The notes below the pieces were generated by a model, which worked only from the letters and a program-made list of their open reading frames with translations, was not told the origin of the DNA and made no database searches. Both the position numbers and the translations under genes were made by a program. From positions 1,280,001-1,344,000 of the forward strand of contig OY970166.1 in the NCBI GenBank assembly GCA_963706595.1: a stretch of DNA of 64,000 nucleotides, in the 5' to 3' direction. The stretch comes from an uncultured cyanobacterium. GTDB lineage: Bacteria > Cyanobacteriota > Cyanobacteriia > Cyanobacteriales > Nostocaceae. Positions 8,086 to 19,069 of the stretch are shown here, in pieces (position 1 is the first letter of the stretch; every line of letters starts with the position of its first letter).

Positions 8086-10227
8086 TTACGCTACTTGAAA
8101 ATCAAAGTTGAAACTAGCCCAATTTTTGACATCTAATACATAAGAGTCAGTGGATGTACTGCTGCTTTCCCATTTAACTGCACTCGTATTATGCAAATCT
8201 TGCAACAATGCTTGGGCAATTTCTAACGGTTTCAATAATGCCCCGAAGGGTCTTTGATCTGTGATCGGATACTTAGATTTTTCGAGATATCCTAGTGTTT
8301 CCCGAAAGGGGGCGGTACTCAGAACCATTTGATGTTCACATTCATCAGATGGGCCGGGGAACATCCATTCCGAAGCAGTCACATTTTTTGGTAATAAGAG
8401 GGTTTCACTTGGGGCAATAACTACTTGTTGAAACAGGGGTTTGGAGTTAATCAAGGTAGTTTCTTCAGGAGATTGCCAAGGATAAAAGGCGATCGCATTT
8501 CTATTGTTTGTTAACCCCAGCAGCATTAAATAAATCGGGCGATCGCTCTGATTCTGCAATCTATACTGCATTCGACTACCAATAGGCACAGTAGTATTAC
8601 TTAAACCAGTGAGCAGTGATTTGTTTTGCAGTTGTTCTCTGCTCAGGGTGCGTGTGGTTTCGCGTTGCATAACGACGCGAGGTGACAAGTTATTAATGAT
8701 CTCTAGGGTGGCTTTCACTGGTAGGCGGGAAGAACCTTCATTTTCTGTGAGTCGCCATAACTTTGCGGCTAACAAAGTTGGTAATATCGGCATTAACCTT
8801 TGCACTACCAATTTCACAGCTTCCCCAGGTTCCCCAGATGTGTTGGGAATGAGTTTGCCTCCCGGAGTAAATAAACCATAGCGGCTGGGAGATTCTGATA
8901 GTTTACCAAATACACAATCGGCTGGTTGTTCTCCGGCGATCACAGTAGAAATATGGTCAATGGCCGCAAAAGCACTTGTGGCATCTACGCGCTCAATTCG
9001 TTCTAATCCAGTATCTAAACCAACTATTAAATTCACACTCCGAGGTAATACCCGCACTGCTTCTTGGCATAGTTGCCCGACTTGTAGGGGGGTTTCTGGT
9101 TTAATTTTAGAGATTTGGGCTTTTGCTGTTAACCCAATGCGCGATCGCAATATTAACTGCTCTCCTGTTAATAGAGTAAATCGGGAATTAGCTCCATAGT
9201 TTTCTAATACTTGTGGAGGTAATCCGGCTAAAAATAGTTGGGCTGTTCTACCATCATCTTCAATAACTCTAATTACTCCTTCGGCCCCTACTGTGCGTTT
9301 TGGCAACAGTAAATTCTCAACAGTTAAGGCTTTGAGTTGATTTGTCTCGCCACTAAACAATCCTGGTTGCTGATTGCTCCCCAGTTTATGCATATAGCTG
9401 CCCAGATGGGAAAGACTGAACTGAATTGTTGTTGCTGGTGTAGTTTCCCACAAGTATTGTGTCAAAGCGTAGGTAAATAACCCCGCACTAAAACCAGAAA
9501 ATAGAATTTCCCTCGCCAACTGTTGGGTATCTGAGGTAGCAGACAACACAATTGCATTATTGGGGTTGGAGTTTTGAGTTCGGAGTTGTTGTAAAAACTC
9601 CAGTTCCTCGATTGCTAGTTGTGCCTGTGCTGATTCTGGGCGGACGCGAACACGCCAACCCGTGGGCTGGACTTTGCTCGGAGCATTATAGCTCGTATCC
9701 AATACAGCTGTTACCCGGTCTGTGGGGAGCGATCGCAACAATAGCCGTACTGTTTCTTCTAATATATAGTTGACTATTTCATCTTTTTGTGCATCTTGAG
9801 CATTAGCTGGAACTAAAGCATTCTGCACCGTATCGATAAATCTGCCCGATTTGATGCGCGTACCATAGCCACTAAAGTGGAATAATGCCACATCACCAGC
9901 TTTAACTTGCTGTCCCAGGTGTGCCAAAAAAGCCTCTTCAATAGATTTCCTGGTAGCTTTTTCTTCAGTTAAAGTCAAAATATCCGAGGACAAAAAGCCA
10001 AATCGATGAATTAACAGTTCTTTTTGCAGTTCTACATCAGTGAGACAACCACCCAATGCAGGACCTTTTTGATATTGATTAATGCCAATCAATAATGCTA
10101 ATTTACGTTGACTAGGCTGTGCCAAAGCTTGAGAGTAGCGATCGCTTAAAGTCAACCACTCAGCTTCAGTCACACCCAATACCGCGAGAATGGAACCAAT
10201 CCGTTGTAAAAAAGTCCGACGCTTCAT
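8086..10227 (-). CDS. Tat-exported caspase-like (peptidase C14) protein with a substituted catalytic dyad and a DUF4384-like C-terminus
   Basis: MKRRTFL Tat signal; KLALLIGINQY; FSGYG and LDTSY replace the His/Cys dyad. Confidence 0.88.
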   Translation of the reverse strand: MKRRTFLQRIGSILAVLGVTEAEWLTLSDRYSQALAQPSQRKLALLIGINQYQKGPALGGCLTDVELQKELLIHRFGFLSSDILTLTEEKATRKSIEEAFLAHLGQQVKAGDVALFHFSGYGTRIKSGRFIDTVQNALVPANAQDAQKDEIVNYILEETVRLLLRSLPTDRVTAVLDTSYNAPSKVQPTGWRVRVRPESAQAQLAIEELEFLQQLRTQNSNPNNAIVLSATSDTQQLAREILFSGFSAGLFTYALTQYLWETTPATTIQFSLSHLGSYMHKLGSNQQPGLFSGETNQLKALTVENLLLPKRTVGAEGVIRVIEDDGRTAQLFLAGLPPQVLENYGANSRFTLLTGEQLILRSRIGLTAKAQISKIKPETPLQVGQLCQEAVRVLPRSVNLIVGLDTGLERIERVDATSAFAAIDHISTVIAGEQPADCVFGKLSESPSRYGLFTPGGKLIPNTSGEPGEAVKLVVQRLMPILPTLLAAKLWRLTENEGSSRLPVKATLEIINNLSPRVVMQRETTRTLSREQLQNKSLLTGLSNTTVPIGSRMQYRLQNQSDRPIYLMLLGLTNNRNAIAFYPWQSPEETTLINSKPLFQQVVIAPSETLLLPKNVTASEWMFPGPSDECEHQMVLSTAPFRETLGYLEKSKYPITDQRPFGALLKPLEIAQALLQDLHNTSAVKWESSSTSTDSYVLDVKNWASFNFDFQVA

Positions 10228-10326
10228 AATTAGCCATCAGTCCTCAGCCCGTCAGCTAACAGCTTATAGGGCTGAAGTCTGTAGTGTAAAGTTAAAGTTT
10301 ATACGGTTCGTTGATTAACAAATGCC

Positions 10327-11505
10327 TTAAGCCGATGCTTGGGCTTGCATTGCCCGCGCCAACTCAGCCGCCACTTCCGGACGGGTAAATTCTGGTGGTG
10401 GCAATTCACCCCGACGCAGCATTTCTCTGACTTTGGTTCCTGAAAGGTGAACGCGTTCTTCTGGCTTGCTGGGGCTAGTTTTAGTTGTCGCCATTTGTTT
10501 GCTGCGTGTGCAGTAGAAAGCGTGTTCAAACTTCATTGGCACGATTCCCAATTCACCAGGCTCAAACTCGTCAAAGATGTATTGAGCATCATAAGTGCCG
10601 TAATAATCACCCACACCAGCATGATCCCGTCCCACAATAAAGTGAGTACAACCGTAGTTTTTCCGGACTAAAGCATGGAAAATCGCCTCTCTTGGACCAG
10701 CATAACGCATGGCGGCCGGATTAATTGCCAAAATCACTCGGTCTTCGGGATAGTGATGTTCTAGCAAAATTTCATAGCAGCGCATCCGCACATCGGCAGG
10801 AATATCATCTTCTTTTGTCGCTCCCACCAACGGGTGCAAGAATAAACCATCCACGGTTTCCATAGCACACTTTTGGATATATTCGTGGGCGCGATGGATG
10901 GGGTTACGAGTTTGGAAACCGACGATAGTTTTCCAACCCTTGTCCCTAAACATCTGTCGGGAAGCTGCGGGATCGATTTGGTAGGCGGGAAACTGGGAAT
11001 GGGGATCGCGTTGTAATAACCAAATGTCACCTGCAAGATTTACAGAACCCTGATTGTAGACTACTTGCACACCTGGATGTTTAGCGTCATCAGTACGGTA
11101 AACATTAATCGCCTCTTGGGTTTTATCGTAAACATACTTTTGCGTCAGTTGCAAAACTCCGATAAACTCACCATTGGCGTTATCCAAACGAATCAGGCCG
11201 CCTTCGGGGAGTCGAGAGGCTACTTCTTCTGTTACTGACAGTGTAATTGGTATTGACCATGCCAGTCCATTAGCAAGCCGCATTTCTGTGACGACGCGGG
11301 TGTAGTCTGACTGGTTCATAAAACCCGTGAGTGGACTAAAACCGCCGATAGCAATCATCTCTAAATCAGAAACCGCCCGCGCATCAAGTTGCACTCGTGG
11401 CAAAAAGTCGGCTTTTGAGAGAAATTCTGCCTTTTGTTCTGGTGTAGCGATACGGTTTACCAATTGTCCACCGTGAGGTGCAATGGCATCTGGATATTGA
11501 CTCAA
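10327..11505 (-). CDS. sat: Sulfate adenylyltransferase
   Basis: [31 protein letters not shown] motifs. Confidence 0.97.
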   Translation of the reverse strand: MSQYPDAIAPHGGQLVNRIATPEQKAEFLSKADFLPRVQLDARAVSDLEMIAIGGFSPLTGFMNQSDYTRVVTEMRLANGLAWSIPITLSVTEEVASRLPEGGLIRLDNANGEFIGVLQLTQKYVYDKTQEAINVYRTDDAKHPGVQVVYNQGSVNLAGDIWLLQRDPHSQFPAYQIDPAASRQMFRDKGWKTIVGFQTRNPIHRAHEYIQKCAMETVDGLFLHPLVGATKEDDIPADVRMRCYEILLEHHYPEDRVILAINPAAMRYAGPREAIFHALVRKNYGCTHFIVGRDHAGVGDYYGTYDAQYIFDEFEPGELGIVPMKFEHAFYCTRSKQMATTKTSPSKPEERVHLSGTKVREMLRRGELPPPEFTRPEVAAELARAMQAQASA

Positions 11506-11919
11506 CGTAATCCCCTCTTTGACTTAACTGCAATTGTTTCAAACTATGTACTAACTTATCAAAATGCTGGTACGCAGTTGCAAAGAGTTTGAGAATGGGG
11601 AGATGAGGGGAGAGATGAGGAGAGACGCGATGAATCGCGTCTGTACAAGAGAGGGTCTTGGCAAGTGGGAACTGTGCAAGCATTAGAAGAGTTTGTGGAT
11701 CAAGTTAATAGTCTCTAGAGGTAGTGTGAATTACTGGATTGATTAAAATATAAGCTACCATAACTCTTATAAGTATGGAAACAAGCTAATTCTGTATATA
11801 TACTTAACTGTAATGCATTCAAAATATCATAAATTATCTAAAAATTCACAGTATCTTTTTACACTATTAATCACATAAATAGTATTTTGGTATTGTAGCT
11901 ATTTGATCATCTAAAATCT

Positions 11920-12942
11920 ATGTGGCAAAAACTCAAAAGTACATTGGCATTGATTCCTCTATCCTTGGGAACAATAGCCATAACCAGTTTTATTCAACCA
12001 GCGATTGCGGCTGATTTAGGAATCGCGCAAGACTATAATGTTTTTGTCTTTGGAGATATGAACCAAAGTTCAGATTCCGAAGGTCGTGTGGCTGTTGGTG
12101 GTAATGCCACATTCACTAATTTTGGTATTGCTGACCGTTTATCGAATTCTAATGGTACAGATACTCGACTTGTGGTGGGTGGTAATTTAAATTATAATGG
12201 CGGTCAGATTTTTGGTGGTAATGCTGTTGTTGGCGGTACAGTTAACACCCCTGTCTATTTCAATTGCTCTCCTAACTGTGGTGTCACATCAGGTAATCCC
12301 ATTGATTTTAATGCTGCACGCCAAGAGTTGAATAATCTCTCCAATCACTTAGGTGAATTAGCTGCTAAAGCTACTACAGAGTATAAATGGGGCGGGATTC
12401 ACCTCCAGGGAAACAATGATGCTTTAAATGTTTTTACAATTGATGGTTCCCAATTTTCCAATAGTAGTTACCTGGATTTAAGAGGAGTTGGGAGTGATTC
12501 TACTGTATTGCTGAACATTTTAGGTGATAGCGTCAATATCCAAAATTTTGGATTAAATTATTTTGATGGCGTTAAGAAAGAAAATGTGTTGTTTAACTTT
12601 GTGGATGCAACTGAATTAACAACTACTAGTTTTTCATTCAAGGGCAGTGTACTTGCAACCAAAGCTAATGTTAGTTTTTCTAATGGTAATGTAGAAGGGA
12701 CTATGGTTGCTTCTTCATTATCTGGTAGCGGCGAATTTCACAATATACAATTCACTGGTAATCTCCCACCTGTCAGCAATCAGTGGCTTCCTCCGGTTGA
12801 TGAACCTATTACTACACCACCAGCCAGTGTACCAGAACCAGGTACGATTTTAGGGATGTTTCTCGTAGGAACTTTAGTGGGATTTTCCCGCCGTTCTCAA
12901 ATGTTTTCCAAATCGGCAACTATGGCTAATATCATCCAATAA
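11920..12942 (+). CDS. Choice-of-anchor A domain protein with PEP-CTERM sorting signal
   Basis: Signal peptide, YNVFVFGD..EGRVAVGGN, GEFH, and VPEP-TM-RR C-terminus. Confidence 0.88.
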   Translation: MWQKLKSTLALIPLSLGTIAITSFIQPAIAADLGIAQDYNVFVFGDMNQSSDSEGRVAVGGNATFTNFGIADRLSNSNGTDTRLVVGGNLNYNGGQIFGGNAVVGGTVNTPVYFNCSPNCGVTSGNPIDFNAARQELNNLSNHLGELAAKATTEYKWGGIHLQGNNDALNVFTIDGSQFSNSSYLDLRGVGSDSTVLLNILGDSVNIQNFGLNYFDGVKKENVLFNFVDATELTTTSFSFKGSVLATKANVSFSNGNVEGTMVASSLSGSGEFHNIQFTGNLPPVSNQWLPPVDEPITTPPASVPEPGTILGMFLVGTLVGFSRRSQMFSKSATMANIIQ

Positions 12943-12945
12943 TAC

Positions 12946-12990
12946 AAAAAACCCCTCCTTTCTTGCTTGCAGGTAGGGGTAGATTTTTTT
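12946..12990. terminator. Bidirectional intrinsic terminator between convergent genes
   Basis: A-tract, ACCCCTCCT..AGGTAGGGGT stem, then T-tract. Confidence 0.55.
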
Positions 12991-14044
12991 AACTAAATTG
13001 TTCAATAACCCCGCCACCCAAAACTTTATCGCCGTCGTACCAGACAGCAGCTTGTCCGGGGGTGATGCTGACTTGGGGTTCATCAAACACCAAACGCACA
13101 CGGGAATTTTCCAGAGGAATCACTGTCACTGGTGTGGGGTGAGAACGATAACGAATTTGCACTTCAGCGCGAATGGGTGTGGATGGTTCAGCGATAGAAA
13201 CCCAATTTACCTGATTTACAGTGCATTCTGGTTGAGTTACCTTGGTGCGATCGCCTACTACCACTTTATTATTTTCTGCATCTAATTCAATTACATACAG
13301 AGGTTCAGCCGCCGCAATTCCCAAACCTTTACGCTGTCCAATGGTGTAATGATGGACACCATCATGTTGTCCCAAAATTTTCCCAGCGACATCCACAATA
13401 TCCCCTGGTTTGGGTGCAAGATATTTATCCAGAAATGCCCGCATGGAACCGTTGCTTTCCACTAAACACAAATCTTGACTTTCTGGCTTATTCGCAGTGG
13501 TTAACCCGTATTCTGCGGCAATGCGGCGGGTGTCGGCTTTCTCTAATTGTCCTAGAGGAAATACTGTAGCTCCTAGTAAATCTTGAGACAAATCATACAG
13601 AAAATAAGATTGGTCTTTGTTACGGTCAACAGCCCTTAATAACTGGTAGCGGCCAGTTGCTTCGTCATAGTTAATTTGAGCATAGTGACCAGTGGCAATG
13701 CGATCGCAGTCTAACTTTTCACGAGCATACTGCACCATTGGCCCAAACTTCACAGTTTTATTACACTGAGAACAAGGCAGAGGTGTGATTCCAGCGCTGT
13801 AACCAGTCACCAGGAAATCGACAATCTGAGTTTGAAACACCTCACGAATATCCACAACCTCATGGGGAACCCCCAACTGTTCACAGATATCAGCCGCGTC
13901 GATCATTCCTTCAGAGCAACATTGACCCTTACCTTTCATCAACCAAAGGGTCAAACCAACGACTTCATAGCCCTGATGATGCAGAATAGCTGCGGCGGTG
14001 GAACTGTCAACACCACCCGAAAGACCAACGACGACTTTTTTCAT
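12989..14044 (-). CDS. mnmA: tRNA 2-thiouridylase
   Basis: [39 protein letters not shown] motifs. Confidence 0.97.
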   Translation of the reverse strand: MKKVVVGLSGGVDSSTAAAILHHQGYEVVGLTLWLMKGKGQCCSEGMIDAADICEQLGVPHEVVDIREVFQTQIVDFLVTGYSAGITPLPCSQCNKTVKFGPMVQYAREKLDCDRIATGHYAQINYDEATGRYQLLRAVDRNKDQSYFLYDLSQDLLGATVFPLGQLEKADTRRIAAEYGLTTANKPESQDLCLVESNGSMRAFLDKYLAPKPGDIVDVAGKILGQHDGVHHYTIGQRKGLGIAAAEPLYVIELDAENNKVVVGDRTKVTQPECTVNQVNWVSIAEPSTPIRAEVQIRYRSHPTPVTVIPLENSRVRLVFDEPQVSITPGQAAVWYDGDKVLGGGVIEQFS

Positions 14045-14362
14045 ATACTTAAATCTTCTTAAGCTGTTAGCTGTCAGTGAGAGAGATCAAAATCCATCCT
14101 CAACAGCTTGATGACAAAATATTAATTTTACTTTTTACCTAGAGTTTACTGCAATTCCAGCCACACTACACCTGCGGAACTGTCCAATTATAGCACATAC
14201 ATCTTCAAAGCCTTGCTAGTCAAGCCCTGGAGTTTCCTGATTAAGCAAAAGTAGATTTTATAATTTTTTTTACAGGTAAATTAGCTCTTAGTAAGGGCTT
14301 TAGCCCTTCATTCCGGACTAAAGTCCCGACTACAAACCTTGAATTATTAACGAATACTTAAC

Positions 14363-14502
14363 TTATTGCTGAAGTTTTCTTATTGTTTCCAGTGCCTTTT
14401 GAGACCATTCCTGATTTCCACCTTGTTGCTGATAGAGTTTGACAACTTGCTGTAAATCTGAATTGGAATTATTACAATCAAGTTCCTGTGAATATGCTAC
14501 CA
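14363..14502 (-). pseudogene. Probable C-terminal remnant of a TPR-type protein gene
   Basis: My translation ..SDLQQVVKLYQQQGGNQEWSQKALETIRKLQQ* resembles the C-terminal helix of cyanobacterial TPR proteins; it abuts a MITE missing one end. Confidence 0.4.
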
Positions 14503-14509
14503 AAACAAA

Positions 14510-14750
14510 TTGTGGTGGCTGACCCTATTCCCGCCTCAGAATGTTTCTCTTGTGGAACAGGCAAGATGCCTGTTGTGGGGGGACTAGAAGCCCACCCCAC
14601 AATATTTATGCTTATGCACTAATTTAGGCTGGCCACGCCACTACTAGCGTGGCAAGGCTAAAATGTTGCAATAGATTTTTGAGAAAATTCAGATAAATCA
14701 ATGTTTTCGGCTTTTTCCTAATGCACTATTTTAAGCTTGCCACGCTACTA
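14510..14750. mobile_element. Tandem pair of IS630-type MITEs: truncated REP-carrying element plus a full 109-bp element (14642-14750)
   Basis: 14642-14750 is an inverted homolog of 2401-2509, joined through a shared TA to the TIR of a 1017-1151-like element. Confidence 0.75.
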
Positions 14751-14791
14751 CAAAACTGAATTAAATCAGATGAAATCCCGTGATTTTGCGA

Positions 14792-15229
14792 TTAGACCTT
14801 AGTATATTTATCTACTATCTTGGCTAAGTCTGGTACGGCTTCTTCTACGTGTTTCTTGGCGGAACCACGGAATTTTTCATAGGTTCCTTTGATAATTTGA
14901 CGCGTTGTGTTCTTGATCCTCGCATCGGTAACGCCCAGCATGGCATCTGCTGTATCAGAACGACTGGCGACGAGGTGGGCGGCGGGATCACCTTTTTCTA
15001 AGCCTTCACTCCAGAGAGGATCAAGGGCTGTCAAGAACTGCGGTAGTAGCTGTTCGACAACGTAGGGGATGTATCCGGGTTTTACTCCTTTTAAGGCTGT
15101 GAAGGCGGTTTTGATGGCTATACCACTCATACCTGACTTGGAAGCCAGCTGCTGGTCGATCATGTTGCAGCAATCATCTACAACCATCGCCTTTTTGTTT
15201 GGACTTAATAGCTGATCACTCAATCCCAT
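14792..15229 (-). CDS. Conserved hypothetical protein (DUF6918-like)
   Basis: Clean ORF with strong GGAGG RBS; KSGMSGIAIK..VKPGYI..ADAMLGVTD pattern recalled for this family. Confidence 0.7.
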   Translation of the reverse strand: MGLSDQLLSPNKKAMVVDDCCNMIDQQLASKSGMSGIAIKTAFTALKGVKPGYIPYVVEQLLPQFLTALDPLWSEGLEKGDPAAHLVASRSDTADAMLGVTDARIKNTTRQIIKGTYEKFRGSAKKHVEEAVPDLAKIVDKYTKV

Positions 15230-15347
15230 TTTATTCCTCCTGAATATGAATGCAGTTAATTGTCCTAGCTAATCAAATTTTTAGCTAATTTTAGTAGCTT
15301 ATATCATGTCCGCATGATTGCTGATCAAACCCGGAATGCTATTCAAT

Positions 15348-17291
15348 TTAATTTTTCAGTAATCTCAGTCCACTGAGTGTAACTAATACGGTGGAACCTT
15401 CATGTCCAATTACGCCGATGGGGAGGTTAATGTTGCCTAAAAAGTTACCGATTAATAACAAGAGAATAAAGCCTAGTGCTACAACTATATTCTGTTTGAC
15501 CACAGAGTGCGATCGCCTGCCCAATTCTATGGCTGTGGCGAGTTTGTCTAACTTATCTGCCATTAAAACTATATCTGCTGTTTCCAAAGCCACATCACTG
15601 CCGGCGATGCCCATAGCAATGCCTACAGAAGCCTGTGCCAGGGCTGGAGCATCATTAATGCCATCCCCCACCATTGCCACGGTTTGATATTCTTCCTGGA
15701 GCTTACGGATAACATCCAGCTTATCTTCAGGGAGGAGTTCGGCATAAACTCGGTCAATGCCCACAGTTTGCGCTACACTGTCAGCCGTGCGTTGATTATC
15801 GCCGGTAATCATGACAATTTGCTCAACTCCCAATTTTCGCAACCGGCTAATCATGGCTGCTGCTTCTATTCTGAGCATATCGGAAATGGCGATCGCACCC
15901 ATAACAAATATTCCCCTCTCTGCTTGCGGGGAGGGGCTAGGGGTGGGGTTCTTCGCTACCCAAACCACCGTTTTACCTTGATTTTCCAGAGATTGCGCTG
16001 ATTTTTGTAATTCCTCTGGGAACTGGGTAACGTATTGCTTGATAAAAGCGGTATTCCCGACAAACACCTGTGCGTTATTCACAAAGCCGACAATTCCCTG
16101 TCCGGGTATAGCTTGGACATCAACCCCACGCACCCACTCTGTACCAGAGGCCTGGACAATAGCTTTAGCAATGGGATGTTCTGAGCAAGATTCCAAAGCG
16201 GCTGCGGCTTTTAATACCTCATCTTCCGAATATTCACTACTAGTAATTACTTGAGATACTTGGACATTGCCTGTAGTTAGAGTACCAGTTTTATCAAAGG
16301 CGATCGCGCGAACTTTACCAATCTTTTCCAACTGCACCCCATTCTTAAACAAAATCCCCTGTCGCGCCCCATTCGCAATTCCTGATAACAGTGTAGGCAT
16401 AATTGCCGCCATTAGCGCACAGGGAGAAGCCACCACCAAAAAAGTCAACGCGCGGTAAATCGTCACTTCCCAACTCCAACCCCAAATAAACGGTGGTAAA
16501 AATACTAACAATAAACCAGCCACGACAATTACCCGCGCATATATTCGTTCAAATCGTTCAATAAACTGTTGAGAAGGGGGTGCTTCCGTCTGTGCTTGTT
16601 CCACCAAGCGAATCACGCGCTGAATCAAACTACTAGAAGCTGGTTTGTGAACCTGAAGTTTTAAAGCCCCAAAACCGTTGAGAGTCCCTGCAAAAACTTC
16701 ATCTCCTACCGACTTTTCTATAGGTAGAGACTCCCCTGTAATTGCGGCTTGATTTAGAGTACTATAACCAGAAACAATCAACCCATCAGTAGGAATCAAC
16801 TCACCGGGTTTGACAATAATTTCATCACCCACCTTCAGCTGAGTAATGGGAAGCATTTCTTCCTCTCCCCCCAGTAAAACCCTAGCTGTATCTGGAGTCA
16901 GACTCATTAAACCCTTGATACTGCGTTCAGTACGGCGCATCGCGTAACCTTCCAAAGCGCCACTAATAGCAAAGATGAGAATCAAAATCGCCCCATCAAT
17001 AATCAGATAATATTCCTTACGCCATAAACCCAGACTAGCAGCACCAAGCGCCGCCACAATCATCAGCAAATCAACATCCAACTCCCTTTCCTTCACTAGA
17101 GTAGTCAAACCCTCACGGGCGCTGTCATAACCACCAATCACATAAGCAGCAGGTAACAACAACAAAGCCCATCCCAACCAACCAATATGTAAAGCCAACC
17201 AACCCAGAAACAACAGCATTCCACAAACCAAAGCTGCTAAAGTATCCGAATGTTCCTGAGTAAACCGCCTCAAACCCTGAGAATAAACCAT
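15348..17291 (-). CDS. coaT: P1B-4 heavy-metal (cobalt) exporting P-type ATPase, CoaT-like
   Basis: TGES, SPC, DKTGTLT, GDGIND, HEGST motifs; no N-terminal metal-binding domain; coaR nearby. Start placed at ATG 17291 rather than GTG 17309 because of the promoter position. Confidence 0.88.
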   Translation of the reverse strand: MVYSQGLRRFTQEHSDTLAALVCGMLLFLGWLALHIGWLGWALLLLPAAYVIGGYDSAREGLTTLVKERELDVDLLMIVAALGAASLGLWRKEYYLIIDGAILILIFAISGALEGYAMRRTERSIKGLMSLTPDTARVLLGGEEEMLPITQLKVGDEIIVKPGELIPTDGLIVSGYSTLNQAAITGESLPIEKSVGDEVFAGTLNGFGALKLQVHKPASSSLIQRVIRLVEQAQTEAPPSQQFIERFERIYARVIVVAGLLLVFLPPFIWGWSWEVTIYRALTFLVVASPCALMAAIMPTLLSGIANGARQGILFKNGVQLEKIGKVRAIAFDKTGTLTTGNVQVSQVITSSEYSEDEVLKAAAALESCSEHPIAKAIVQASGTEWVRGVDVQAIPGQGIVGFVNNAQVFVGNTAFIKQYVTQFPEELQKSAQSLENQGKTVVWVAKNPTPSPSPQAERGIFVMGAIAISDMLRIEAAAMISRLRKLGVEQIVMITGDNQRTADSVAQTVGIDRVYAELLPEDKLDVIRKLQEEYQTVAMVGDGINDAPALAQASVGIAMGIAGSDVALETADIVLMADKLDKLATAIELGRRSHSVVKQNIVVALGFILLLLIGNFLGNINLPIGVIGHEGSTVLVTLSGLRLLKN

Positions 17292-17318
17292 GAAAATTGC
17301 ATAAATCACAACCCCCTC

Positions 17319-17350
17319 ACCCTAAACCTTGACATTACTGTTAATGTCAA
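17319..17350 (-). promoter_or_regulatory. MerR-type (CoaR) operator-promoter of coaT
   Basis: Minus strand TTGACA, 20-bp spacer, TAGGGT; dyad TTGACATTA-N4-TAATGTCAA overlapping the -35 box and spacer. Confidence 0.8.
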
Positions 17351-17498
17351 CCCCACAAAAAACCTCTCCGCGTACCTCTGCGTTAACCTCAGCGTACCTA
17401 CCCTCCGGGAACGCCTAACGGCGAATGCGTTAAAAAATATTTCCCAAAAAAACTTTTTTCCCCGATAATTAACCTTAATCAAACACTTTGAAATAACA

Positions 17499-19043
17499 AT
17501 GCTAGTAAAAAAAGCAATCACTCGAATTTCGAGTTTGTCTTTGCAATCACCTTGGTTGATTATCATTATTTTTTCTAGTCTCGGTTTAATCGGTATTTTC
17601 AACCATTCAATGTGGAGAGATGAACTCAACCCCTGGCTAATTGTCAGAGATAGTGAATCTTTTGGAGATTTAATTGCCAATATTCATTACGAAGGACATC
17701 CAGTGCTGTGGTATTTTTGTCTAGCAGTTCTCAGAAGAATTGCGGAAAATCCCCTGATTATGCAACTTTTTCATTTAGCTATAGCAATTGGTTCAGTGAC
17801 TATTTTTTGTTTATATAGTCCCTTTAATTATCAACAAAAATTTCTATTCTCCTTTGGTTTCTTTCCTTTTTATGAATATCTGCTGATATCGCGAAATTAT
17901 GCGTTTAGTATGCTGTTCATTTTTGGATTTTGTCAAGTATTTTCATCCAGAAAAAAAACTTATATTTACTTGGCAATTTTATTAGCTTTGCTGGCAAATA
18001 GTAGTGCTTATGCCTTATTTGTCTCATTTTCTTTATTCTTAACTTTGCTAGTAGAATTTTGGTTTGATATTGAACATCGAAATCAGTATTTAAGTCAGAG
18101 CAAAAAATACGATTTATTTGTAAGTTTGGGAATTGTGATATTTTCTTTGATTTTATCGATTTATATTATTAGTCCTCCAGCAGATAGTTATCTTCATGGT
18201 GGGTTAGATAATGGATGGATGAATCAATTAGATTTGCGCCATTTCTTCAGAAGTCTAGGTAGATTATTTGGGAGTTATTTCTTGATAATTCCCACGCACA
18301 AAAGATGGCTGGATTTAATTGTCTGTGGTGGCATTATTTTATTTATCGTAGCATTATCGGTAATTAAGTTATCTAAAAAGCCCTTGGCGTTGTTTTTCTA
18401 CATCACAGGTAATTCTGTAATACTGACATTTACCTACTTGAGATTTTTAGGTGTGCCTCGACATTTTGGACATCTTTATTTAATTCTGATAGCCGGGTTA
18501 TGGCTAGGAAGTTACTACCAAGAATCTACATTGTTAATCAATAAATTTCCTTTGCCAGTAAAAACAATTAAATTGGCTGAAAAATGGCATCAAATAGTCT
18601 TTATGCTGATTCTCTATGTGCAGTTTATCGGCGGAATTGGCAGTTTTACCAAAAACTTAGTTGTCCCATATTCAGCCAGTCGTGAAACGGCTAATTATAT
18701 GCAAAAATCTCAGTTAAATAAGGAATTTATTGTTGCCAGTAGAGATGCTAATATGGCGGCATTATCGGGTTATCTAGACAGAAAATTTTACTATCCTGAA
18801 AGGCAAGAAATGGGAAGTTTTACCCTGTTTAAAGCAGGTCGTAAAGGTGTAGAACAACCTGAAATATTAGCACAAATTACTTCTCTGTTAACAAAGCAAC
18901 CAGATAACAGCAAAATTTTGCTAATTTTAACTAAAGAACTGAATGTAAATCGCGAGGATTTAAAGATTGTTTCTATCAAAAATTTCGAGAAGGCTTGGGT
19001 AGATGATGAACGATTTTACCTTTATTGGGTAAATAAACTATAA
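17499..19043 (+). CDS. Polytopic membrane protein, GT-C glycosyltransferase-like
   Basis: About 11 TM helices; WRDE after TM1 and YEGHP..WY, SRNY motifs typical of GT-C/PMT-like proteins. Confidence 0.7.
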   Translation: MLVKKAITRISSLSLQSPWLIIIIFSSLGLIGIFNHSMWRDELNPWLIVRDSESFGDLIANIHYEGHPVLWYFCLAVLRRIAENPLIMQLFHLAIAIGSVTIFCLYSPFNYQQKFLFSFGFFPFYEYLLISRNYAFSMLFIFGFCQVFSSRKKTYIYLAILLALLANSSAYALFVSFSLFLTLLVEFWFDIEHRNQYLSQSKKYDLFVSLGIVIFSLILSIYIISPPADSYLHGGLDNGWMNQLDLRHFFRSLGRLFGSYFLIIPTHKRWLDLIVCGGIILFIVALSVIKLSKKPLALFFYITGNSVILTFTYLRFLGVPRHFGHLYLILIAGLWLGSYYQESTLLINKFPLPVKTIKLAEKWHQIVFMLILYVQFIGGIGSFTKNLVVPYSASRETANYMQKSQLNKEFIVASRDANMAALSGYLDRKFYYPERQEMGSFTLFKAGRKGVEQPEILAQITSLLTKQPDNSKILLILTKELNVNREDLKIVSIKNFEKAWVDDERFYLYWVNKL

Positions 19044-19069
19044 AGTAGATAAACACTGATAAAGCGAAT

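Noticed and set aside
11721..11734. GTA-N8-TAC NtcA-like site between sat and the PEP-CTERM gene
   Set aside because: Only the minimal core matches, without flanking T/A, and -10 spacing is marginal.
17306..17680. 124-aa minus-strand ORF upstream of coaT
   Set aside because: It is antisense to the membrane gene and runs across the operator and small repeats.
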